From: Patescibacteria group bacterium
Lineage (GTDB): Bacteria; Patescibacteriota; Saccharimonadia; UBA4664
Length of the DNA stretch: 64,000 nt
Assembly (NCBI GenBank): GCA_028288925.1
Contig: JAQGHG010000012.1
Span: 77,762-141,761 of the forward strand
Reading direction: 5' to 3'
Within the stretch, counting starts at the first letter, position 1. The number at the start of each line of letters is the position of its first letter. Position numbers and translations under genes: made by a program. The notes beneath the pieces are model-generated. The model was not told the DNA's origin, did not search any database, and worked only from the letters and a program-made list of their open reading frames with translations. This document shows, in pieces, positions 10,803-18,181 of the stretch.

Positions 10803-11150
10803 ATGACTACGTGGCGCACCAACACCAATACTTCTAGCCGCGAATTCTTCCAAGTATCACTCGTGACGTATCTCCTGCTTACACTGGCCGAGGCGCTCAA
10901 GGAAGGATTTGTTTCGAACTTCTTTAATATGAATTATCTGCTGCTCGTGGTTTTACTCGCCGGAGTTGCCATGGTGCTCACCGAACCGGCCGAGAGCGAG
11001 ATCAAACGCACCATGGAGGTGGTGCACCAAGCCGTCCGCGCGCGTTTGGTCCGGCCAGCCGTGGATTCCGTCCGGAGAGCCGGCCGCTTCCGCACCATCG
11101 ATCTCCGCGAACAGCCCTCCCGAAAAATACCTACCAGTCGGCATCGTTAA
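10803..11150 (+). CDS. hypothetical small membrane protein (weak)
   Basis: 115-aa ORF with two hydrophobic segments; its ATG overlaps the TGA of an unlisted 50-aa ORF at 10654-10806 (ATGA). Confidence 0.25.
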   Translation: MTTWRTNTNTSSREFFQVSLVTYLLLTLAEALKEGFVSNFFNMNYLLLVVLLAGVAMVLTEPAESEIKRTMEVVHQAVRARLVRPAVDSVRRAGRFRTIDLREQPSRKIPTSRHR

Positions 11151-11177
11151 GACCACCACTACCAGATAAGAATTGCT

Positions 11178-11205
11178 ATTGGTGATTATCCTAATTATCA
11201 CCAAT
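11178..11205. promoter_or_regulatory. inverted repeat ATTGGTGAT-N10-ATCACCAAT, candidate operator upstream of the small secreted peptide gene
   Basis: 9-bp perfect arms read from sequence; a plausible TTGATC-N17-TAGAGT promoter lies about 30 nt downstream. Confidence 0.35.
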
Positions 11206-11296
11206 AATCCATGCCGGAAACCGTCAGATCATCCTGTTGATCAATCGGTTTATATCTATAGAGTAGGACGAGTAGTAGTAAGGAGGGGTGCATTCT

Positions 11297-11542
11297 ATGA
11301 AGCGAAAGCTCGCGTTAACGGCGGCCGCCATTGCAATAACCGGCATGGCAGCTTCCAGCGCACTGGCCGCGCCAGGCAACGACAACGGTAATAACAACAA
11401 CAGTCGTCCTGGCTGGGGTAACGGTGACGCTCAACATGTCCACACCGGACCACCGGGGGAGTCGGTAAACCCAGGACATCATCATTTCTTCTGGTGGTGG
11501 ATCTGGAATTTCTTGCGACATTTCCATTTCCCATGGTCATAA
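11297..11542 (+). CDS. small secreted peptide precursor with Gly/Asn-rich middle and His/Trp/Phe-rich C-terminus
   Basis: SD AGGAGG 10 nt upstream; Sec-type signal peptide MKRKLALTAAAIAITGMAASSALA; mature tail HHHFFWWWIWNFLRHFHFPWS; followed by its own terminator. Confidence 0.55.
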   Translation: MKRKLALTAAAIAITGMAASSALAAPGNDNGNNNNSRPGWGNGDAQHVHTGPPGESVNPGHHHFFWWWIWNFLRHFHFPWS

Positions 11543-11545
11543 AAA

Positions 11546-11571
11546 AGAGCGGCTCCGGCCGCTCTTTTTTT
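11546..11571 (+). terminator. rho-independent terminator
   Basis: AGAGCGGC-TCCG-GCCGCTCT hairpin followed by T7. Confidence 0.6.
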
Positions 11572-11645
11572 GTAACAATGCCCAAGTCGGAGATTATGGC
11601 TTTGAGGATACGATAAGAAGGTAATTAAGAGGTGAGGTAATAACT

Positions 11646-12251
11646 ATGAATGGACGTTCAGTATCAATCGCGCGCTCCATGGCCGTCATTGGCGGCACCG
11701 GAGCATTAATCGTAGCGGCTACATTTGCGGCATTTACGACCAATGCCGTATCGATAAACGGTACTACGCTGGCCGTGGAAGACAGCAGCGACTTTCTGCG
11801 TATCTACGATTTTGCCGGGGCCAACTTTGCCACCAGTACGGCCAACCCGGCCAACGCCGGCAACATCAACCTGACTCTGCATCAAGGGGTAGAGAGCGCC
11901 AAACAGCACTTCTATCTGCAGAACACTAGTACCGACACCGATATTGGCATATCGGTCAAGGCCGCCGGCGTAACCGGCACTATAGATCACACCAAGGTTA
12001 AAGTCAGGTTCTATGACGACGCCGCCAGCCCCCACCTTCTTGGGTCGGACACATTGGCCAACCTGGAGAGCACGGGAGTGGCGCTCAACACCGGCGAAGG
12101 CAAGCTTCCGTTTAACACGCAGGGCGACAGTAGTAGCCTAGGGACCGATCACAACGGTAACTATCTCGTGAGCTTCGAGCTTACCGGCTCCGGCGAAAAT
12201 GGCCACACCTTAAGCGACGTCAACCTGCTGTTCACTGGCACCAGTCTCTGA
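11646..12251 (+). CDS. TasA / camelysin-like secreted protein with SipW-cognate-class signal peptide
   Basis: N-terminus IGGTGALIVAATFAAFTTNAVSINGTTLAV resembles the TasA/CalY GGGT(W/F)A(A/Y)F(N/S)D...GTLDL region; immediately upstream of a SipW-like peptidase. Confidence 0.55.
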   Translation: MNGRSVSIARSMAVIGGTGALIVAATFAAFTTNAVSINGTTLAVEDSSDFLRIYDFAGANFATSTANPANAGNINLTLHQGVESAKQHFYLQNTSTDTDIGISVKAAGVTGTIDHTKVKVRFYDDAASPHLLGSDTLANLESTGVALNTGEGKLPFNTQGDSSSLGTDHNGNYLVSFELTGSGENGHTLSDVNLLFTGTSL

Positions 12252-12273
12252 CTCACGAAGTAAAGGTATAGCA

Positions 12274-13116
12274 ATGAAACGACTCGCACAGGTACTCAAA
12301 TACGCCACCCTGGCCGTTTACGGCCTGTGCGGGCTCGCTTTGCTAGCCTTCATGGTCCCGGCCACCGGCTTGCAGGCCAAGTCGGTCATCACCGGCAGTA
12401 TGCGGCCGGCTATTCCGCCGGGATCCCTCGTAATTATCCGAGAGACGCCTCTGGCGCGGCTGGCTACCGGGGACGTCGTCACTTATCGCAAAGCGCCGGG
12501 GTCGGTCGTCACCATCACGCACCGGATTATTGGAAAAACAGAAAAAGCCGGCATACCGTACCTCATTACCAAAGGTGACGCCAACCCTTCGGCCGATGTT
12601 GGAGTTCCGGGTGGCGCCGTTATCGGCAAAGTTGTATCACACGTGCCGTATGTGGGCGGCCTCGCCACCAGCATGAGGGGGCCGGCGGTGCTCTTGCTCG
12701 TAGTCGTCTTGCCGGGTCTGGTGGTCATATGGAATGAATTAAACCATTTGCGCCGTACCATGAGAGCGCCGGCGTCCAAACCCATCATTCTCCTGGTTCT
12801 GGTGTTGGCGCCGATCGTAGTCGGGGCTACCCGGGCCGCGCTTACTACCAATACCGCTCAGATCACCGGCATTGCCCTGGCTGTTGCGGCCGCCCCCGCT
12901 ACTCCCGCTCCGTGCCCGGGAACGGTCATCGTTCAGAACAATGGACCTGGCTCCGCCAACACGGTCACCTGCCATTCGTCGGTCACGGTCAACGCCCACA
13001 ACACTACGGCCGTCACCGTCACCAACACCTCCACCCAAACCAGTAGTACCGGTAGTGTTTCGGCAGTCCATAACGCCAATACCACCCACAGTAATATAAT
13101 CGTAAACGGCTTCTAG
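12274..13116 (+). CDS. signal peptidase I, SipW-like (ER/archaeal-type S26B), with roughly 118-aa C-terminal TM plus Thr/Asn-rich extension
   Basis: motifs ITGSMRP (SGSMEP-like), THRII (His box), KGDAN (KGDNN-like); N-terminal TM; extension starts MRAPASKPIILLVLVLAPIVVGATRAALTTNTA. Confidence 0.7.
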   Translation: MKRLAQVLKYATLAVYGLCGLALLAFMVPATGLQAKSVITGSMRPAIPPGSLVIIRETPLARLATGDVVTYRKAPGSVVTITHRIIGKTEKAGIPYLITKGDANPSADVGVPGGAVIGKVVSHVPYVGGLATSMRGPAVLLLVVVLPGLVVIWNELNHLRRTMRAPASKPIILLVLVLAPIVVGATRAALTTNTAQITGIALAVAAAPATPAPCPGTVIVQNNGPGSANTVTCHSSVTVNAHNTTAVTVTNTSTQTSSTGSVSAVHNANTTHSNIIVNGF

Positions 13117-13170
13117 AAAATTGGAACATTGTACGTAGATGGCAAATGCGAAAGGCATACCATACACAGC

Positions 13171-13605
13171 ATGCGCAGGAGGATAATCATCGGAATAACG
13201 GCTCTCAGCCTGGCAGTACTGGGCGGATTTGTCGTGTCAGTTCATTCACAACCTATCGCGAAGGCTGCTTCCACTGCCGACCAATCCAACCTCAGGCTGT
13301 CGCTCGATGTTTGGAACGGCCGGATAGTACACCAGGAAGTCAAGGCCACCGGCAACGCCAAAGTGGCCATAAGTACGCCGCCGCCGTGGCCCGCCCCAAG
13401 TGTCCCGCCGCCGGTTCCGCGCGGTACGACAGCTACAGGCTACACCGGCGTAAATGTCTCCAGCGCGCGGGTGAGTATCTCGGATTCTTCCACTCAGATT
13501 ACGAGTACGGGTGACGTCAATATCCACCACTCTAGCAGTAGCTCGTCTTCTAATGGTTCCAGCACCAACCGTAGCTCGGTACATATAACCATTAATAACC
13601 ACTAG
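13171..13605 (+). CDS. secreted Ser/Thr-rich low-complexity protein
   Basis: signal-peptide-like MRRRIIIGITALSLAVLGGFVVSVHS; the ORF track starts it at 13129. Confidence 0.4.
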   Translation: MRRRIIIGITALSLAVLGGFVVSVHSQPIAKAASTADQSNLRLSLDVWNGRIVHQEVKATGNAKVAISTPPPWPAPSVPPPVPRGTTATGYTGVNVSSARVSISDSSTQITSTGDVNIHHSSSSSSSNGSSTNRSSVHITINNH

Positions 13606-13679
13606 TCCCAACATCTGGACCCGCTAGCCATACGGTCGTGTCTAGGAGTATTGTAATAGTTGGATTAATTGGGATACCT

Positions 13680-15098
13680 ATGCTCGCAGCTTCATTTAAA
13701 CGCACTAAAATCGTGGCCACTATCGGCCCATCATCAAACTCGCCGCAGGTGCTCGAGGAGTTGCTGCTGGCCGGGGTAAATATGTTCCGGCTCAACTTCT
13801 CGCACGGCACCCATGAGGAGCACGGCCAAGTGGCCAAATATGCCCGGCATCTCTCCGACAAACACGGCAAGCCGGTGGCCGTTCTGGCCGACATTCAGGG
13901 GCCCAAGATTCGCGTAGGCACTCTGCCTATTGACGGGCTGCCGTTTGTCCGCGGCAACGTCGTGCGCTTCCAGTTTGGCGCCGACTACGAAGCCAGCGGT
14001 GTTATCCCCGTCCAGCACGACATCTCCAAATACCTCAAGAACGGCGAGCGCGTCTTCCTTCGCGACGGCCAGGTACAGATCGAGGTAGAGAAGATTCAAA
14101 AACAGCTCATCACCGGCAAAGTGCTCACGCCGGGCATCGTCTTCTCGAACCAAGGCATGAACCTGCCCGACACCGACCTAGGCGGCGATATCCTCACGCC
14201 CAAGGACATCGCCGATATTGAATTCGCCGCCAGCCAGGGTGTGGATTACATTGGGTATTCCTTCGTACAAACCGCCGATGACATTCATAAGCTGCGCGAG
14301 CGGCTCGTCAAGCTCAAATGTGACGCCAAAATCATCGCCAAGATCGAGACCGCCGCGGCCGTCGAAAACCTCGAAGAGATCGTGGCCGCCACCGACGTCA
14401 TCATGGTAGCGCGCGGCGATCTGGCCATCGAGACCAAGCCCGAAGCCGTCCCCGCCGCCCAGCGCCGCATGATCGAGCTCGGCAAACAATACCGCAAGCC
14501 CGTCATCGTCGCTACCCAAATGCTCGAAAGCATGATCCAGTCGCAGCAGCCCACCCGCGCCGAGGTGTCCGATGTGGCCACCGCCGTCCTCGAAGGCACC
14601 GACGCCGTCATGCTCTCCGGCGAGACCGCCATGGGCCTCTTCCCGGTCGAGGCCGTCAAGATGATGAAACGCGTCATTCTCTACACCGAGCGCGAAGAAA
14701 TCGCCGGCCGCAACAACCTGCCCGAATGGCGCGACTTCGGCCACGAACGCCAAAACGCCATCTCCGCCGCCGCCGTGGTGCTAGCCAACCAACTGCCGGC
14801 CAAGGTCATCATCGCCGAGACCAGCTCCGGCCAGACCGCCCGCAATATCTCCGCGCTGCGCCCCAACATGCCCATCATCATGGTGACCGACCACAAGCGC
14901 GTCTACTACCAAATGGCCATCGTCTGGGGCGGCAAATCCTACTTTGCCAAAGACATGAAGGGCGCCACCGACCACGTCATCCGCCAGCTCAAAGCCGCCG
15001 AAAATATCACCAAAGGCGACGCCGCCGTGGTCGCCTCGGGCAACCAGCCCGGCTTGGTCGGCGGCACCGATAAAGTCGTCATCAAGATCACCGAGTAA
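13680..15098 (+). CDS. pyk: pyruvate kinase
   Basis: KIVATIGP, NFSHG, MVARGDL motifs; about 470 aa. Confidence 0.9.
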   Translation: MLAASFKRTKIVATIGPSSNSPQVLEELLLAGVNMFRLNFSHGTHEEHGQVAKYARHLSDKHGKPVAVLADIQGPKIRVGTLPIDGLPFVRGNVVRFQFGADYEASGVIPVQHDISKYLKNGERVFLRDGQVQIEVEKIQKQLITGKVLTPGIVFSNQGMNLPDTDLGGDILTPKDIADIEFAASQGVDYIGYSFVQTADDIHKLRERLVKLKCDAKIIAKIETAAAVENLEEIVAATDVIMVARGDLAIETKPEAVPAAQRRMIELGKQYRKPVIVATQMLESMIQSQQPTRAEVSDVATAVLEGTDAVMLSGETAMGLFPVEAVKMMKRVILYTEREEIAGRNNLPEWRDFGHERQNAISAAAVVLANQLPAKVIIAETSSGQTARNISALRPNMPIIMVTDHKRVYYQMAIVWGGKSYFAKDMKGATDHVIRQLKAAENITKGDAAVVASGNQPGLVGGTDKVVIKITE

Positions 15099-15106
15099 CG
15101 CGCGCG

Positions 15107-15370
15107 ATGGGGCATCTCGCCGACTCCGAACTCCAAAGCCGCCTAGCTCAGGCGGCCAGTCAGGTCTCGATAGGCGCCGAATATGTGCACTACAAAGGCA
15201 ATATCTACCTAGTGACCGGCTTGGCCATCCTCGAAGCCACCGATGAAGTTGGCATCATTTACGATGCTCGATATGGCGAAGGTCTCACATTTGTGCGGGC
15301 GCTCGAGTCGTGGCTCGAAACGGTTGAATATAAGGGGGAAAATGTGCCCCGCTTTGCGCGCCGTCGCTAA
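15107..15370 (+). CDS. small DUF1653-like protein
   Basis: YVHYKGNIYLVTGLA...IIYDARYG pattern recalled for DUF1653; 87 aa. Confidence 0.4.
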   Translation: MGHLADSELQSRLAQAASQVSIGAEYVHYKGNIYLVTGLAILEATDEVGIIYDARYGEGLTFVRALESWLETVEYKGENVPRFARRR

Positions 15371-15436
15371 GATGGCTAGCTATACATGAGCGCGTCCAAA
15401 TCCGCTACACTACCAATGACAGTAACCGGGGTCCTT

Positions 15437-16633
15437 ATGAAGAAGAAAACCATCCGCGATATCGACATCAAAGGTAAGACCATCCTGGCTCGCCTCGACT
15501 GGAACGTACCCATCAAGGACGGCCAGGTCACCGACGCCTACCGCATCGAGTCCACCCGGCCCACCATCGACTACTTGCTTGAGCAAGGCTGCAAAGTCAT
15601 CATCACGAGCCACCTCGGCCGCCCCGACGGTAAGCCTGATCCCAAGTTTAGTCTCGCGCCGGCCGCCAAAAAAGCCGCCGAAGTCCTCGGCCGCGAGGTT
15701 AAATTCATAGCCGATTGCGTAGGTACCGAAGTCCAGGCCGCCGTCGCCGCGCTCGAGCCCGGCCAGTTGCTCTGCCTCGAAAACGTCAGATTCCACCCCG
15801 AAGAAGAGGCCAACGACCCGGCTTTCGCCAAGCAGCTGGCGGACCTCGCCGAAGTCTTCGTCTACGACGCCTTCGCTTCATATCGCCCGCACGCTTCCAC
15901 CGAAGGCGTCGCGCACTACCTGCCCGCCGTGGCCGGTCTGCTGGTCGAAAAAGAAGTCGATTACATCACCGGCGCCGTCGAGCACCCCAACCGCCCACTC
16001 GTAGCCGTCATCGGCGGGGCCAAAGTCTCGACCAAGCTCGAGATCCTCACCAACCTCGTATCCAAGGTCGACGCCATGCTCCTTACCGGGCCCATCGCCA
16101 GCACCTTTGCTTACACCGAAGGCCGCGCCATCGGCAAAAGTGTCGCCGAGCGCGATCAGACCGAGGCCGTCAAAAAACTCCTCGAAATCGCCAAAACCGA
16201 AAACACCCAAGTCCTCCTACCCGAAGAGGTCGTCGTATCTAAGAGCTTGGAGAAGCCTCAAGACATTCACACCGTCAGCCTCGGCAGCGTCAAAGACGAC
16301 GAATACATCGTCGATGCCACCCCCGCCTACGGCGAGGTCCTCAAGCGCACCATCTACGACTTCCTCGACTTCGACGGCAAGGCCACCATCATCTGGAACG
16401 GCCCCCTCGGCCTCACCGAAGTGCCCGAATTCCGCGCCGGCTCCCGCGCCATGGCCCAGGCCATCATCGACAGCAAAGGCATCTCCATTATCGGCGGCGG
16501 CGACACCGCCAGCTTCCTCGACCAAGAAGGCCTACACGACAAATTTACTTGGGTGTCCACCGGCGGCGGCGCCAGTCTAGAGCTCATGAGCGGCAAGGGC
16601 TTGCCCTGCGTCGACGCATTGCTCGACAAATAG
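15437..16633 (+). CDS. pgk: phosphoglycerate kinase
   Basis: ARLDWNVP, IITSHLGRP, GGGDT and GGGASLE motifs; the ORF track begins earlier at 15386. Confidence 0.92.
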   Translation: MKKKTIRDIDIKGKTILARLDWNVPIKDGQVTDAYRIESTRPTIDYLLEQGCKVIITSHLGRPDGKPDPKFSLAPAAKKAAEVLGREVKFIADCVGTEVQAAVAALEPGQLLCLENVRFHPEEEANDPAFAKQLADLAEVFVYDAFASYRPHASTEGVAHYLPAVAGLLVEKEVDYITGAVEHPNRPLVAVIGGAKVSTKLEILTNLVSKVDAMLLTGPIASTFAYTEGRAIGKSVAERDQTEAVKKLLEIAKTENTQVLLPEEVVVSKSLEKPQDIHTVSLGSVKDDEYIVDATPAYGEVLKRTIYDFLDFDGKATIIWNGPLGLTEVPEFRAGSRAMAQAIIDSKGISIIGGGDTASFLDQEGLHDKFTWVSTGGGASLELMSGKGLPCVDALLDK

Positions 16634-16691
16634 CTCACGGGTCCTGTCACCCGTAAGCCTAGTTGCTCAGAGTGCAATAAAGGTAGGCGGA

Positions 16692-16786
16692 GGGAATATG
16701 CGCTTTGTGCCAGCCAGCGCCGGTCCAGATATTGGCTCCACCGAAGAGAAGGACAGCGTTCGCTGGCCAACAAAGCGCATATTCCC
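16692..16786. repeat. palindromic repeat element, copy A (intergenic pgk-tpiA): 17-bp outer inverted repeat GGGAATATGCGCTTTGT / ACAAAGCGCATATTCCC around a conserved core
   Basis: read directly; the core TGTGCCAGCCAG...GGCTCCACCGAAGAGA...GCGTTCGCTGGCCA is about 86% identical to copy B at 22607-22697. Confidence 0.7.
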
Positions 16787-16883
16787 GCAGCAAAAAAATA
16801 AAAGCTTCTCCCAAGCAAAAACCTGATAGAAACGTGACACAATGCTCGCAAAGCATTACCATTATTAATGAAATGAGGGTAAT

Positions 16884-17648
16884 ATGCGGCTAATCGTCGG
16901 AAACTGGAAGATGAACTTAAACCCGGGCGAGGCCAGCTTGCTCGTGAAGCGCCTAGAGGACAAAATAAAGCCCGATCCTAAAACTGAGATCGTCATTTGC
17001 CCGCCGTTCATCGATCTGTATCCTATCGCCAAAGACCTCGACCGCGGTAAGCTCAAGCTGGGCTCGCAAAACATCCACTACCTCGACGAAGGACCCTTCA
17101 CCGGTGAAATCTCCCCGGCCATGCTCAAGGGCCTGGCCGATTACGCCATCATCGGCCACTCCGAGCGCCGGGCCATGGGCGAAGACGACAAGCTGATCGC
17201 CAAAAAAATGGCGGCCGCCATCCGCAATGACATCACGCCCGTCCTCTGCGTCGGCGAGACCCTGGCCGAGCGCCAGCACGGTCTGGCCAAAAAGGTGATA
17301 GTCGACCAGCTCACCGCCGACCTCACCCAGCTCACCGCCACCGACGTTGCCAAAATCGTCGTAGCCTACGAGCCCGTCTGGTCCATCAACCACGGCGACG
17401 GCAACATCGTGCACGCCAAGCCCGAAGACATCACCTTTGCCTACACCACCATCCGCACTCTCCTGGAGGAACTCTACGGCGAAGAGGGCGTGAGCGGCTT
17501 ACGGCTGCTCTATGGCGGCAGCGCCGATCCCGGCCATTGCCGAGCCTACTTAGAAATGCCTTATGTCGACGGGCTACTCGTCGGCGGCGCCAGCCTAAAT
17601 TACGAAGATTTCGCCAAGATAGTCAAAGTTGCTCAAGGTTTAAAGTAG
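16884..17648 (+). CDS. tpiA: triosephosphate isomerase
   Basis: GNWKMN, IIGHSERR, CVGETL, AYEPVWSI motifs. Confidence 0.92.
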   Translation: MRLIVGNWKMNLNPGEASLLVKRLEDKIKPDPKTEIVICPPFIDLYPIAKDLDRGKLKLGSQNIHYLDEGPFTGEISPAMLKGLADYAIIGHSERRAMGEDDKLIAKKMAAAIRNDITPVLCVGETLAERQHGLAKKVIVDQLTADLTQLTATDVAKIVVAYEPVWSINHGDGNIVHAKPEDITFAYTTIRTLLEELYGEEGVSGLRLLYGGSADPGHCRAYLEMPYVDGLLVGGASLNYEDFAKIVKVAQGLK

Positions 17649-17670
17649 CTATTCGTTCTATAGCTATCGC

Positions 17671-18132
17671 ATGATGCGCCAATATCGTCTAGAATGGTCA
17701 ACTATGAACGTGCAACTCACATCCGACGAATACCGCAAACTGATCGAACTCGCCTACTTGGGCGAGTGGATGATCAACGCCCACCACGATCCAGACTTTC
17801 AGGACGAGGCCGCCGGCAAGGTATTACAACATTTGCTCAGCGCTCACCCCGTCGAAGGCGCCACCCGCGACGATGAGACCGGCGAGTATCTAATGGACAC
17901 CGAGTGGACCGAACGCTTGTACGACGATTATGTTGTCGATTACGACGACCACGTCTTTTGGGATGAACTCATCGAGCGCCTGGCCCAGCGGGATCTCGCC
18001 AAAGACCGGGGAGTCGCGCTCGATGATATCGACCGGGACGATGATCTCTTTGAGCTACGGCCGCTCGAAGACCGCTACCGGGATGAGCTCGAAGAGCACG
18101 GACTCGACCGTCTTGACGTCCGCGAATATTAG
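17671..18132 (+). CDS. acidic hypothetical protein
   Basis: 153-aa ORF; Asp/Glu-rich C-terminus; no recognizable motif. Confidence 0.35.
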   Translation: MMRQYRLEWSTMNVQLTSDEYRKLIELAYLGEWMINAHHDPDFQDEAAGKVLQHLLSAHPVEGATRDDETGEYLMDTEWTERLYDDYVVDYDDHVFWDELIERLAQRDLAKDRGVALDDIDRDDDLFELRPLEDRYRDELEEHGLDRLDVREY

Positions 18133-18181
18133 TTTAGGCGTCACCCGTTCCCCAGCATAAGAACTATGCTATGCTAGAACA

